A stretch of 64,000 nt of DNA from an uncultured virus (IMG/VR IMGVR_UViG_3300025018_002258) (taxonomy: Duplodnaviria; Heunggongvirae; Uroviricota; Caudoviricetes). Location of the stretch: IMG/VR virus record IMGVR_UViG_3300025018_002258, one strand, 5' to 3'. The notes beneath the pieces were generated by a model that was given only the letters and a program-made list of their open reading frames with translations, was not told the DNA's origin and searched no databases. Position numbers and translations under genes: made by a program. Below, in pieces: positions 1 through 11,049 of this stretch. Position 1 is the first letter of the stretch. Each line of letters starts with the position of its first letter.

Positions 1-3
1 GCT

Positions 4-2163
4 TTGGTACGAATGGCACAGCCCTGGATTTTCCGAGTCCCCCTTATTATCGGCAAGGGGAACTTTGGCAGCATGGACAAAGATAATCACGCTGCGATGA
101 GGTACATCGAAGCAAAGCTCAGTCCTGCTGCTGAAATGATGCTAGAAGATACGGTTGAAGGCATCTGTGAGTTCAAGCCGAACTATGATCAGAGACTAGA
201 AGAGCCATTGTATCTCGGGTCCAAGTTCCCAAATGTCATGATCAACGGGACCTATGGTATCGCGGTGGGTATCGCCTCTGTGACTCCCTGCCACAATCCG
301 GGTGAAGTTTGCAAGGCCATCGAACTCTTCATTAAGAATCCCAAGGCGACAGTCGATGATTTGCTCAAGGTTATGCCTGGACCAGATTGGGGCACTGGAG
401 GCATCGTTTTCGCGAACGGCGGCGTTCGGGACTATTATGAAACCGGCAAGGGAGCGTTTATAGTCCAGGGCAAAGCCGTCATTGAATCTGTCGGTTCTTC
501 GTCTCAGATTGTGATCACTGAGCTTCCCAACCTCGACCGTGGCACCAATGTCGGGATGAGCGAATTCATAGAAAGCATCGTTGAGATTGTTGAGAAGGGT
601 AAGAGTTCCATTTTAGCAGACAGCATCGAAGATATCGAGGATCGTTCTGAGGCTGAAGGAAACGTGTACAAACCCAATATCATCATTAAACTCAAGCCCA
701 GGGCGAATGCTCAAATGGTCCTTGATGAATTGTATGATAAGACTCGCTTGCGCATCAATTTCAACGTCAATCAGAACATCCTATTTGAAAACAATCCGAT
801 GCAAACTTCGATGATTGATTTGCTTCAGGCTCACATCGGACATCGCCGCGTTATCATCAAGGGTCGGATTGAAGCTTTACTCGTTAAAGCAGAGTATCGC
901 TTGAAGATGGTCGAGGCTTGCCTTGCTGCTTTGGGCAAAATAGATGAAGTGATCAAGATCGTCCGATCTGCATCTGATAGTAATGATGCCAAGGCTAAAC
1001 TCATAAAGCTGCTGAGCCTCGACGAAGAACAAGCAGAATACATCCTCAATATGCAAATACGTCAGTTGACGAAGTTGCAAGGCACCAAATTGAAGGATGA
1101 GCAAAAAGAACTCAGTGTTAGCATCAAGGACTTTAAGGATATCCTGGACAAAACAAAGCGCATCGATGATATCATTATTTCTGAGCTTGCAGATATTCGT
1201 AAGGTCTGCGACTGCAAAAGATACACCGTTATCATGCAAGGTGAGCCAACGCAGTTCAGCAACACGGACCTGATCGAAGAAGAAGAATTGTCTGTTCTTG
1301 TCGGACATGATGGATCTATTAATGTTGTCAAGCGTTTCACTGATGGCTTGACTAACAGCGAAAACGAGCGCATAGCTAAAGTTATTGATTGTGCAAATCT
1401 TGATTATTTGATGGCGGTCACAAAATCTGGAGGTTGTTACATCAGCCCATTACATCTTATTGATGTGAACACGAGAAAGAGCCATGGCAGCAATGTCCTC
1501 GGAATCGACAATAATGAAGAACTCATTGACTATTTGATTCTGCCCAACAATGCAAAGGAGCATTGCGTTTCAATATTGACTACTGGAGCAAAGATCAAGA
1601 CGAGTCCCATTGAAGAATTCGATTTGAGGAATTCAAGAAAGCAAGAGGCGATCAAGCTATCTGATGGCGATCAGGTTGTGGCGGCTGTTTCTCATCGGCA
1701 GAAAGACCACGAGTTTGTCATCATGAGTGCCGATGGTTTCGCCACAAGATATCCTTGCTCAAACGTTAAAGCATCTGGTGTCAAAACTCAGGGCGTGGCT
1801 GGATTCTCGGCTTCTGGAGGGATTCCCGTATCGCTCTCTGTGATCGAATCCGGCTTTGTTGGACATCTCTTATTCTTGACGGAAAATGGTATGGGTAAGA
1901 AGGTCCCGATGGATCAGATCCGGGTCGCTAGTGGCCGCATCAGCAAGGGCAGCAACATTGGACAAGTAGATAAGAAGACAGGTAAAGTTGCTGGAGCGGT
2001 TCCCTTGATGGAAGGGGACTATGCAACTGTTGTTACTAGCGTTGGTCAGGTCATTTTCTACGCAGAAAACAAACTTCCTGAAAAGTCCCGTTATAACAAG
2101 TGCGAAGTTATCTCCAATCTGGCAATGGGAGATAAAATCGAGAAAGTCTTGAAGCTATGGTAG
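4..2163 (+). CDS. gyrA: DNA gyrase/topoisomerase IV subunit A (5' part lies outside the window)
   Basis: GNFGS, AAMRY (catalytic Tyr), P..FPN..ING..GIAVG and GPD..TGG motifs; C-terminal beta-pinwheel-like repeats. Confidence 0.92.
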   Translation: MVRMAQPWIFRVPLIIGKGNFGSMDKDNHAAMRYIEAKLSPAAEMMLEDTVEGICEFKPNYDQRLEEPLYLGSKFPNVMINGTYGIAVGIASVTPCHNPGEVCKAIELFIKNPKATVDDLLKVMPGPDWGTGGIVFANGGVRDYYETGKGAFIVQGKAVIESVGSSSQIVITELPNLDRGTNVGMSEFIESIVEIVEKGKSSILADSIEDIEDRSEAEGNVYKPNIIIKLKPRANAQMVLDELYDKTRLRINFNVNQNILFENNPMQTSMIDLLQAHIGHRRVIIKGRIEALLVKAEYRLKMVEACLAALGKIDEVIKIVRSASDSNDAKAKLIKLLSLDEEQAEYILNMQIRQLTKLQGTKLKDEQKELSVSIKDFKDILDKTKRIDDIIISELADIRKVCDCKRYTVIMQGEPTQFSNTDLIEEEELSVLVGHDGSINVVKRFTDGLTNSENERIAKVIDCANLDYLMAVTKSGGCYISPLHLIDVNTRKSHGSNVLGIDNNEELIDYLILPNNAKEHCVSILTTGAKIKTSPIEEFDLRNSRKQEAIKLSDGDQVVAAVSHRQKDHEFVIMSADGFATRYPCSNVKASGVKTQGVAGFSASGGIPVSLSVIESGFVGHLLFLTENGMGKKVPMDQIRVASGRISKGSNIGQVDKKTGKVAGAVPLMEGDYATVVTSVGQVIFYAENKLPEKSRYNKCEVISNLAMGDKIEKVLKLW

Positions 2164-5018
2164 ACTTTGATAACTCAGAATGGATAGTTCTTGAACAAGA
2201 TCCAATATTGGCTTCAAAGATCAGACAATATTGGGAGTTGGATCGATCACAGAGAGAAGAAGAAATCAAGAAGAGGACTCGCGGCAAGAGTTACTTCGAG
2301 GATATCTATCAACTGTTGGTTTATGCCAATGGCACTATATCGAGTTACAACTATGACAATGAAACTGATACCAATGTTGTCGAAAGATTACTCCACAACT
2401 CTTTAGTGCCATATTGTTCTTTCAAGCTATTCAATGCTTTGATGGAAACGATCAGTGATCCCGTCGATATCGGAGTTTTGGTCTACTTCTTTTCGTTCAA
2501 GGCCCCGTTTGTCGTTGGGGAACTACAAAGCCGGAAAATCAACATTCATGGGTTTGTCAGCAACATCATCGCAACCCTTTCAGATTTCTGGGGTCGAGAA
2601 GATTACGACAAGATCGAAAAGCTACTTAGAGACCACATTATCAACCTTTTGTTTACCCATAAATTGAACGACACCAATTTTACCAGCGGCATGATGAGTT
2701 TTTCTTGGCTCATTGACATTTTTGGCGTTTCGGATGAGATTCTGTTCACTTCGTATTACGAACAAGAGAGAATGGTCAAAGAAAAGCTAATAGAAATGAA
2801 CTGCGAGGATTGGTCTATTTCTTTGGGCCTGAAATATCGATTGACCCATAGGCAGATTCACGAAGCTAAGGAAAAACTCGAAGAGCTTCTGGCACTCCGC
2901 GCAGGTCGCGACACGCTACCTACAATCCACCTGGAGCGTGATGGCTTTATTTTGAGACGGATCATGCCCGAAGACCCCAGACAGTTATTTTTGGGCTACA
3001 ACAACGAATATAGCTGCTGCTACCAGATTCGCGGAGCAGCTAAAACTGCGCTGTTCTATTCCATCTCGGATCCTGGAGCGGGCAACTATGAAATCGTGAC
3101 CGAAAACTATGAGCCTGTGCTTCAGTTCTTCATTTGGACAGACAATACTGATCGGAACTTGTGTATTGACAGCCTGGAACGAGGGACGCATTACAATAGA
3201 GATCTTGAAGAGACTTATGGATCGCTTCTGAAGGAGTTCGGCAAAAAAGTTGTTTCTGAGTTTGATTTTGATGGGGTTTTGGCTAGTTCAATGGGATTGT
3301 CTAACCTCTTGGACGATTGCGAACGGGCGGTTTTTCTCTATCGAGAACATCGTCCCAAAACGAAAGAGTTATTGGGGCTTCCCGAAGGTCATATTCGTAA
3401 TCGGCTCGGGCTATTCGACCCGGTTGGGGTTTCTATCGTCCCGAAGGCTCACTTTTATGCAGATGGCCTCAAGCCTCAAATCATCATTGCTGCTTCAAAG
3501 ACAGATAATCTAGTTTGGGTTTACACCAATGAATATCACTGGTCAACTGCAATCCAATTAGCAGAGATGATTCGTTCTGGCAATGATTCCCCCGAACTTC
3601 TGGAGGAATTCATATGGCACATCAGAACCGCCATTCTTCTCAACGATAAATCAACTATAGATAGAAGAGTCTTCTTCAACGATTATGTCTATGTAGATGG
3701 TGAATATAAAGATCCATACAATATATTGAGGCATTCTCCCAAACCCGAGTTAGATCCTAGTGAGGAAGTCATTGACGAGGCTATCTGGCATTTCATTCAT
3801 ATTTATATGCATGAACCAGTGATTGGATATAGGAGAGTTTTTGGGGAAGAGGAAAGGCCAGAGGGGATCGATGAAATATTGACCAATGACGAATTAGTTC
3901 TAGATCACAGAAGAAAGCTTAGAGACTACTACAAAACACAAGACGATTTTCTTTTGGCAATTCAAAAAGATCGTTCGGTTCCCGAACTGGAAGATCCTAC
4001 GGTGTACGTCAGCACTGCTGAGGAATGCAAGGGTGAATGGGTCATATCTGACTCACAAAAAGAAATAGAATACGAGACAAAAAAGGATCTCCTTGAGGAT
4101 GAGAACTTTTTTCAGCTTTTCTGTGAGGGTCTGGAAGAAAAGATTGATCGCATAATAAATAAGGGCAAAGATCTGTGGATGGCGGTTGCGGAGCCGGAAG
4201 CTCCCAAGTCTTATACTGTTGACGAGATGAGGAATCTCATGAATAATAACATTCCGGCTTCTCATTCGGCAGTTTTCAACTTTTCGAACTACATCAGGGG
4301 TCTTGACCAGAAGAATGAAGACCAGAAAGCCATTCTGGATACTATATTTGAGCTGGGCCTAGAAGATGTCCCAATCAAATCAGAGATCATTTTGAATATG
4401 GTCCAGAAGGATCTAGAATGGGGTATCGAGCATCCAGAAAAGATGATTAAAGCCTTAAATGAGCAATGGGAGCGGCGTCTTCCAGACTATCCTCACACTA
4501 TGATCGGCTATGATTTTTCAGCATATTTACTTCTGAGAGCCTATGCTGATTATTTCGGTATTCATCCAATGACAGACGAGTGGTTCGAGAAATTGCCAGA
4601 AGACTTCGCCATTGCTATAGCCAGGATTCAGGTTTTTCATTCTTTCCCAAGAAAACTGCAAGCCGGAAGCGTCTCGCCAGAGAAAACGAAGGAAATCATC
4701 AGGAACACCCATCGGATTTTTGCGGTCAACACAGTCGATCTCCTGAGCAATGAGCTAGATTATCTCTCATCGTTGATGTACAATTCTATTTTCCGAAAAG
4801 ACTACAAGGACGGCAAGATGCCTTCCTGGGAAAACCTTGAGGAATTCCTGGCGCTTGTCTTCAATTGTGCCCTAGACTCCTTGACGGATGAGTTCAAGGA
4901 TGATATAATAAGACCCCTGGAGGGCATGGACACGGATTTCTGGCACAATTTCATCTATGATATCCGTGCAAATCTGAAGGGGAACGACAGAACGGGCCTC
5001 AAAGGAGTCAAGGCTTGA
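2157..5018 (+). CDS. Large hypothetical protein (953 aa)
   Basis: Long ORF overlapping both neighbours; no family recognised. Confidence 0.7.
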   Translation: MVDFDNSEWIVLEQDPILASKIRQYWELDRSQREEEIKKRTRGKSYFEDIYQLLVYANGTISSYNYDNETDTNVVERLLHNSLVPYCSFKLFNALMETISDPVDIGVLVYFFSFKAPFVVGELQSRKINIHGFVSNIIATLSDFWGREDYDKIEKLLRDHIINLLFTHKLNDTNFTSGMMSFSWLIDIFGVSDEILFTSYYEQERMVKEKLIEMNCEDWSISLGLKYRLTHRQIHEAKEKLEELLALRAGRDTLPTIHLERDGFILRRIMPEDPRQLFLGYNNEYSCCYQIRGAAKTALFYSISDPGAGNYEIVTENYEPVLQFFIWTDNTDRNLCIDSLERGTHYNRDLEETYGSLLKEFGKKVVSEFDFDGVLASSMGLSNLLDDCERAVFLYREHRPKTKELLGLPEGHIRNRLGLFDPVGVSIVPKAHFYADGLKPQIIIAASKTDNLVWVYTNEYHWSTAIQLAEMIRSGNDSPELLEEFIWHIRTAILLNDKSTIDRRVFFNDYVYVDGEYKDPYNILRHSPKPELDPSEEVIDEAIWHFIHIYMHEPVIGYRRVFGEEERPEGIDEILTNDELVLDHRRKLRDYYKTQDDFLLAIQKDRSVPELEDPTVYVSTAEECKGEWVISDSQKEIEYETKKDLLEDENFFQLFCEGLEEKIDRIINKGKDLWMAVAEPEAPKSYTVDEMRNLMNNNIPASHSAVFNFSNYIRGLDQKNEDQKAILDTIFELGLEDVPIKSEIILNMVQKDLEWGIEHPEKMIKALNEQWERRLPDYPHTMIGYDFSAYLLLRAYADYFGIHPMTDEWFEKLPEDFAIAIARIQVFHSFPRKLQAGSVSPEKTKEIIRNTHRIFAVNTVDLLSNELDYLSSLMYNSIFRKDYKDGKMPSWENLEEFLALVFNCALDSLTDEFKDDIIRPLEGMDTDFWHNFIYDIRANLKGNDRTGLKGVKA

Positions 5019-5515
5019 ACGTATTCTTTCTAGACAGAGATCCAAAAGCCTGCGCTTATCATCATTGCGACAAACATGTCGTTAAGATGATTTTGGAATC
5101 TGCTCAGATTTTATCATCTGTTCATTGGTCGAGCGGCGGCGAGGCACCTTATCGATTGACCCACGAGAATCACCCTTGTTGCAAGTGGGCTCGCGCTTCG
5201 CTTTCCAACTATCGCTGGCTGGTTCATCTTGCTCTTGAACTTTGCTATGAATACACCTTCCGATATAACAAGATTCACAAGACGCAAGCAAAGATCGAAT
5301 GGCTTGCCGACAATGAACCTCTGATTGAAGACATTGGGTTTACAGAACCTCCGCAGGCCATGCCGGAAGAATATCAGGGCGAGGACTCAGTTGAGGCTTA
5401 CCGAAGATATTACATTGGCGAGAAATCATATTTTGCCAAGTGGAGCCATTCAGAAGCTCCAACTTGGTTTCTAAAAGGCAGATATAATGAGCGAGAATTG
5501 GGCATCATTGGTTAA
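5015..5515 (+). CDS. Pyrimidine-dimer DNA glycosylase/endonuclease V-like protein
   Basis: MNxFxLD...HCDKHVVKMILESAQ, THxNHPC.KW and AYR.YY motifs. Confidence 0.8.
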   Translation: MNVFFLDRDPKACAYHHCDKHVVKMILESAQILSSVHWSSGGEAPYRLTHENHPCCKWARASLSNYRWLVHLALELCYEYTFRYNKIHKTQAKIEWLADNEPLIEDIGFTEPPQAMPEEYQGEDSVEAYRRYYIGEKSYFAKWSHSEAPTWFLKGRYNERELGIIG

Positions 5516-8500
5516 ACAAGAAGAGGAATCATCAGCGGCAGTATCTTGGACAAAAAGACTTGTTCCAGGTGAGACTTTCAGTGGGGAAGTCACCCTGAAC
5601 CGTATTTTCTTCCCTCAGCCCCATCAGGAGAATAAGGGTTGGTATGCCCTTCAGTTTGATGCGGGTGACATAGGTTTCCTTAATGCTTCTGGCCATCTTG
5701 CTTTCATACCATTTGAAGGTATGCGCCTTTGGGTTGAGGGAACCATCGTCAATCATCCTAAGTATGGGCTCCAGGTAGAAATCACAAAGGGAGAAGAGCG
5801 CCAGATTGATGATGAAGAATACCTCAAGACTTTTTTGTCTAAGGTTCTTTTCGGAGTTGGTCCAGTTTATGCCGAACGCATCGTCAACCATTTCGGATCC
5901 CAAACGATTGACATCCTGGACAATCATCCACAACGCCTGATCGAAATCTCTGGTATTTCTCAGAAGATGATTGAGCCAATTGAAGCGTGCTGGGTTGAAC
6001 ATCGTTTCTTAAAGAACATCATCACCGAGCTTCAAAAGTATGATTTGACCATTAGTGAGTCTTTCCGAATCTATAACAAATTCCAATCTGAAGGCAAAGA
6101 TGTTCTCCAGGTCATTAAGCAGAATCCTTACAGCCTTTGTCAAGTCAGGGGCATTAGTTTTATATTTGCCGACAAGGTAGCTTTAGCTCAGGGTATCGAC
6201 CCAAATGATGCCCGCCGTATTCAGGCGCTCATTGAATACGTCCTGCTGGCCGCTACTTGGTCTGGAAACTGCTATCTCCCCAAGGAAAGGCTCATTCTTT
6301 CCCTGGATGACCAATCGTCAAAACTGAAAAATCCGATAGACATTAAAGTAAAGCAGATTACTCAGATTTTAGAGGAAATGCACAAGGAGAAGCTTGTTGT
6401 CATTGATGATGACAGAATCTACCTTAGCAAATTCTATCATTTGGAAGAATTTGTGGCAGATGAGATTATTATCCGGGTTCAAATACCAGTTGAGCCACCA
6501 GAATACAATCTGCCAAGTGGAGAGGTTGAGTATTCTCAAGAGCAATATGATGCTATCCAGGTTCTATTGCGCAACAAGGTTGTCATTTTAACTGGAGGCC
6601 CTGGGGTCGGCAAGACTACTGTTTTGAGGGCTTTCCTTGACATCGTTGATGGTTGGGGAAAACTTAGGATTCTTTGTTCGCCAACTGGGATTGCGGCGAA
6701 GCGAATGGAGTTTCAGACCGGTCGCCCGGCTGCGACCATTCATAAAACCTTGGCGCTCAAGAAAGACTATGATCTTGAGCATGACATCAAGACTTCTCCA
6801 ATTAGAGCTGACTATTTGATCATTGATGAAACTTCAATGGTAGATTTGCAACTTTTCGCTAGTATCCTGGCTTCAACAGATCGTGAAACCCAGATCATCA
6901 TCGTTGGAGATGCAGATCAGTTGGCAAGCGTTGGCCCAGGCAAAGTCTTGCCAGATTTAATCAACAGTGATGTCGTCAAGTGCGTCCGATTGAAGAAGAT
7001 CTTCCGTCAAGCAGAAGGCTCCCAGATCATTCATAATGCTCACGCGATCAACAATGGGGATATCGAAGGTCTTAACATCCCTCGCATCTCTGATTTCGTC
7101 GATGGTGAAGATGACATGGCCTTCATGGTCAAGAATAAAGCTGAAGACGTAGTTGATGCAACACAGAAAGTAATAGAAAAATTCCTCAACGAGCGCTTGG
7201 GATACAGTCTTGAGGACATCCAAGTTTTATCCCCAATGAGAAAATATGATTTGGGGACAGTAGAAATCAATTCCAGATTGCAAGATTTCTTTAATCCTAT
7301 TGTTCATGGTACTAATGATCGTTTCATTGAATCAAAGCCCTATCGTTTCAGATTGGGAGATAGGGTCATTCAAACGGAAAACGACTATGACAAAGATGTT
7401 TTCAATGGAGATATTGGTCATATTGTTTACATAGACCCTCCCAATAGAGCATTGGGTATTCTCTTCAAAAATAAAGACAATGCTAGTCAAGATCCGATGA
7501 GCACTCAACAACAATCCAATGTTGTCCATTATGACAATAAGGATATTGATCAGTTGGAATTGTCTTATGCTCTGACTGTTCATAAGTGTATTGTAGGAGA
7601 ATCTCTCATATTTACAGAATATGGTATGAGGGAGATTAAAACAATGTGCAATACACGCTCCGATGGTAGCAGGCTTAAAGATATCGAAGAAGGAGTTATG
7701 ACTCAAAACGGTATAAAGACTGCTGTCCAGTCGTTTACTGGCGACTATGAAGAGACTCTAATCCTTAGGACTCATATGGATTATGAAATCGAAGGTTCTG
7801 GTAAGCATAGAATTTTGGTATGGGACTCAGAGTCTTTAGAAACACAATATAAAATATTCTCAGATATCGAAGAAGGAGATATAGCTGTGATTCAAAGGGG
7901 ACAGGATATATTTTCCGATAGATATGTAGAGATCGATTATTCTCCCAATGGACTCCCCAATAGAAAGAATAATTCAACATATCCTATTGTTGTAGACGAG
8001 CGTGTGGCGGAATTAATGGGATATTTAGTTGGTGATGGATCATATAGAGAAAACAAAAACCATGACTTGTGTCTTCATAGCGCCGATGATTTCATTATCG
8101 AAAGATTCAGATATTTGATCAAAGAACTATTTGGAGGGAATATAGTACAGAATAGATCAAGGACGGGTAAGTGTAAGACTTTCTATTACATAGATAAAAC
8201 AGCAAGAGAATGCTTGATTGCTATGGGCTTGGATTATGCGTCTTGTAGAGATAAGAAAATACCGTGGTCTATTTTGATTTCTCCCAGATCAGTTCAGTCT
8301 TCATTCTTTAGAGCATTATTTGACACTGATGGATCTGCGAGTGGGAATACTACGAGGGTAGTTTTATCAACGAGTTCTGAGCATATTGCAAGACAAACGC
8401 AAGTAATGTTGCTGAATATGGGCATAATATCAAGAAGAATCTTTGTAGACAAATCTAACTCATATAGAATAGAGATTTATGGCCAGAATACTGCTATTTT

Positions 8501-9197
8501 TCAAGAGTTTATAGGCTTTGGACTTGAATACAAGAGACTGGCATTATCAAAAATTGTTGACAGATCTGATTCCAAAAAGGGTAAGACGAATACAGATCAT
8601 ATCCCTGGTGCCCAAAGACTTATTTCAAGCTTAAGAGATGAAATAAAGGAAGAGATGGGCAAAAAATATAGCCAGAGTGCATCAAAAGTTCTTGGATTAA
8701 AAGTTGTAAAACTGATGAGTTCAATTGCCAGTGGCTTTATTGAGAATGTGGGATATCATCATTTGAAGATTATTATTGAGTCTTTAACTGAAACAAATAT
8801 ATCCACCCCATCTTATGCCAAAATTCTAGAGATATATGATAACCATTATTTCTATGATGAGATTGAGGCGAAAGAGCCTAGTGCTGCTGAGGTCTATGAC
8901 CTTTCCGTCCCTGGGGAAGAAAACTATATAGCTAACGGATTCATCAGTCATAATAGCCAAGGAAGCGAGTTCCCCGTTGTGGTCCTATTGTGTCATAAGA
9001 GTTTCGGGATCATGCTTCAAAGGCGGTTATATTACACGGCCCTGACCAGAACGCAGAAGCTTTGCGTCATGGTCGGGCAGGTCGGAGCTTTGACTGCTGC
9101 CATCCAGAATCTTCGCGAGCGACCGAGATATACTTACCTTGAGCAGAGGCTTGTTGACAAGGCTAATGAGGAAGGAATGGTCCTTTTCGGGGACTGA
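5487..9197 (+). CDS. recD2: RecD2/TraA-like SF1B helicase containing an intein
   Basis: HhH N-terminus, GGPGVGKTT, DETSM, VGDADQL, FNGDIG; YALTVHK|SQGSEF motif split by the intein. Confidence 0.93.
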   Translation: MSENWASLVKQEEESSAAVSWTKRLVPGETFSGEVTLNRIFFPQPHQENKGWYALQFDAGDIGFLNASGHLAFIPFEGMRLWVEGTIVNHPKYGLQVEITKGEERQIDDEEYLKTFLSKVLFGVGPVYAERIVNHFGSQTIDILDNHPQRLIEISGISQKMIEPIEACWVEHRFLKNIITELQKYDLTISESFRIYNKFQSEGKDVLQVIKQNPYSLCQVRGISFIFADKVALAQGIDPNDARRIQALIEYVLLAATWSGNCYLPKERLILSLDDQSSKLKNPIDIKVKQITQILEEMHKEKLVVIDDDRIYLSKFYHLEEFVADEIIIRVQIPVEPPEYNLPSGEVEYSQEQYDAIQVLLRNKVVILTGGPGVGKTTVLRAFLDIVDGWGKLRILCSPTGIAAKRMEFQTGRPAATIHKTLALKKDYDLEHDIKTSPIRADYLIIDETSMVDLQLFASILASTDRETQIIIVGDADQLASVGPGKVLPDLINSDVVKCVRLKKIFRQAEGSQIIHNAHAINNGDIEGLNIPRISDFVDGEDDMAFMVKNKAEDVVDATQKVIEKFLNERLGYSLEDIQVLSPMRKYDLGTVEINSRLQDFFNPIVHGTNDRFIESKPYRFRLGDRVIQTENDYDKDVFNGDIGHIVYIDPPNRALGILFKNKDNASQDPMSTQQQSNVVHYDNKDIDQLELSYALTVHKCIVGESLIFTEYGMREIKTMCNTRSDGSRLKDIEEGVMTQNGIKTAVQSFTGDYEETLILRTHMDYEIEGSGKHRILVWDSESLETQYKIFSDIEEGDIAVIQRGQDIFSDRYVEIDYSPNGLPNRKNNSTYPIVVDERVAELMGYLVGDGSYRENKNHDLCLHSADDFIIERFRYLIKELFGGNIVQNRSRTGKCKTFYYIDKTARECLIAMGLDYASCRDKKIPWSILISPRSVQSSFFRALFDTDGSASGNTTRVVLSTSSEHIARQTQVMLLNMGIISRRIFVDKSNSYRIEIYGQNTAIFQEFIGFGLEYKRLALSKIVDRSDSKKGKTNTDHIPGAQRLISSLRDEIKEEMGKKYSQSASKVLGLKVVKLMSSIASGFIENVGYHHLKIIIESLTETNISTPSYAKILEIYDNHYFYDEIEAKEPSAAEVYDLSVPGEENYIANGFISHNSQGSEFPVVVLLCHKSFGIMLQRRLYYTALTRTQKLCVMVGQVGALTAAIQNLRERPRYTYLEQRLVDKANEEGMVLFGD
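7587..8954 (+). mobile_element. Intein with LAGLIDADG endonuclease in RecD2 (456 aa)
   Basis: Starts CIVGES, ends VYDLSV...ISHN followed by Ser; LMGYLVGDG and ALFDTDG blocks; visibly more AT-rich. Confidence 0.95.
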
Positions 9198-9241
9198 AAT
9201 GATAATAAAAAAAGGTCGATAGACCATATCCCGAGAATAAC

Positions 9242-9295
9242 TTGCAAGGGCTGTCAGCCTGAGATATAATCTCAATGAGGCTGACAGCCTTTTTT
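9242..9295 (+). promoter_or_regulatory. sigma70-type promoter inside a terminator-like hairpin
   Basis: TTGCAA-N17-TATAAT within GGCTGTCAGCCT...AGGCTGACAGCC followed by a T run. Confidence 0.6.
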
Positions 9296-9730
9296 GTGAG
9301 GAGAGAGATGGCTAGACCCTATGATCTGAATTGGCCTTGTACTGTATGTCCCAAATGGAGGGAGAAAGAATACAAGATCCATGATGTTGCCGCAGAAGTG
9401 AAATGGAGGGGGTTCCAGGACAACATCAAGGCTTGTGAATTCGACCCGAGATATGCCGCCCCCGATAAAGCTAATCAGTGCCCATACATCCGGTATTTTG
9501 GTAAGCAGGTTACAATGGTCGCTGTTCAATGCGACTTCTGTTACGGAGAAATCAGTCGCTTCATCGTTGAAGAGGGGAAAACCATGGAAGAATGCGCTCC
9601 ACCACCAGATATTGAACAAGGCAACAACAATGAGGGCATGCATATCTGCAATAAGTGCCTCAATAAGCCTAAAAATAAGGCTATTAAAGAAATCGTTCTA
9701 AAGAACAGGAAAAGAAGGGGCCGAGGTTAA
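9275..9730 (+). CDS. Cys-rich hypothetical protein (probably Zn-binding)
   Basis: Three CxxC pairs. Confidence 0.65.
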   Translation: MRLTAFFVRREMARPYDLNWPCTVCPKWREKEYKIHDVAAEVKWRGFQDNIKACEFDPRYAAPDKANQCPYIRYFGKQVTMVAVQCDFCYGEISRFIVEEGKTMEECAPPPDIEQGNNNEGMHICNKCLNKPKNKAIKEIVLKNRKRRGRG

Positions 9731-11049
9731 TGGCGAGTGTTAAATATAGGTGTCAAATCAGCGGCAAAATTCTATCAAAAAGCGAGGTTATTGGGATTCA
9801 GACGCCAATGGGTGTTGTCCCGGTCTCTTCTGAATTTAGAGTAGCCTATGAGGGGTTCACGAGCCTTTACACAGGGCAATTGCCCTTTCCCTCAGAGGAC
9901 CCGAATATCATCGATCTTCTGGAAATTGAAAGCGATGTCGAAAACGTTCTTGACCCGATTCAGAGAGAACTCAAGGAATTGACTCCGGTTACCATTCATG
10001 ACAAACTGTCTGATTTTATTATTGGTCAAGAAATAGCAAAGAAGACATTATCTGTTGCTTTGCATAAGCACTATACTACGATTCAAGATCACGAAAAAGA
10101 AATTGACATTCTTAAGAGCAATATCTTGTTTATTGGTGACAGCGGAGTTGGCAAGACTCATATCGCCAGGACGCTTGCCCGAATCGCTCATGTTCCTTTC
10201 ACAATCGGAGACTGCACGGGCTATACCGAAGCTGGATACGTTGGTAATGATGTTGAGGTCATTCTGTCTTCTCTAATTGCAGAAAGTCAGGGACGAGTTG
10301 ACTTGGCTGAACGAGGAGTCTGTTATCTTGACGAGTTTGATAAGATTGCAAAGAAATCTCAGGAGAACGTATCGATCACTCGCGATGTTTCGGGCGAGGG
10401 CGTGCAGCAAGCTTTATTGAAAATCGTAGAGGGCACTACAACCTATGTCCAACCGGTTGAGGTAACTCAAAGAAAGCATCCGTCTCTCGGGGGCATTAGA
10501 ATTGATTCGACGAATATCCTTTTCATCGCCGCTGGAGTTTTTCCACAGCTAGAAGATGTCATCTCCAAGAGATTGAACACGAGCCAGAAGATCGGTTTTA
10601 GGAATGACGGTCATACGACTAAAACCGAACGAGCTGAGCTATTGAAAATGGTTCGGCCTGAGGATCTGATCAAATATGGATTTTTGCCAGAGCTTGTTGG
10701 GCGCTTCCCGGTCATAGTTCCTTTCCAGCCGTTGTCCAAAGAAGATATGCTGGGGATCCTGGCTAATGTCAAGAATTCACTATATGCTCAATACGTCTAC
10801 CAATTCAAGTTGAATGAAATTGATGTTGGTCTAAATGACGAAAGCCTTGAAGCGATAGCAGAAGCGGCTGTCAATTCTCCAGTTGGAGCGAGATCACTGA
10901 AGAGCTTGATGGACATCATCTTTAATGATTTCTACTATGATAAAGTAGGTTACTATAAAGGTTCTCTACAGATCCCTCACGAATATGTGATTAAAAAGCT
11001 AGACAGCCTTCGTGAGGGACTTAAAGATGAGAGTAGACAAGCCAGATAA
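9730..11049 (+). CDS. clpX: ClpX ATP-dependent unfoldase
   Basis: Walker A GDSGVGKT, GYVG pore loop, DEFDK, RDVSGEGVQQALLK, RKH and IGF loops. Confidence 0.95.
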   Translation: MASVKYRCQISGKILSKSEVIGIQTPMGVVPVSSEFRVAYEGFTSLYTGQLPFPSEDPNIIDLLEIESDVENVLDPIQRELKELTPVTIHDKLSDFIIGQEIAKKTLSVALHKHYTTIQDHEKEIDILKSNILFIGDSGVGKTHIARTLARIAHVPFTIGDCTGYTEAGYVGNDVEVILSSLIAESQGRVDLAERGVCYLDEFDKIAKKSQENVSITRDVSGEGVQQALLKIVEGTTTYVQPVEVTQRKHPSLGGIRIDSTNILFIAAGVFPQLEDVISKRLNTSQKIGFRNDGHTTKTERAELLKMVRPEDLIKYGFLPELVGRFPVIVPFQPLSKEDMLGILANVKNSLYAQYVYQFKLNEIDVGLNDESLEAIAEAAVNSPVGARSLKSLMDIIFNDFYYDKVGYYKGSLQIPHEYVIKKLDSLREGLKDESRQAR

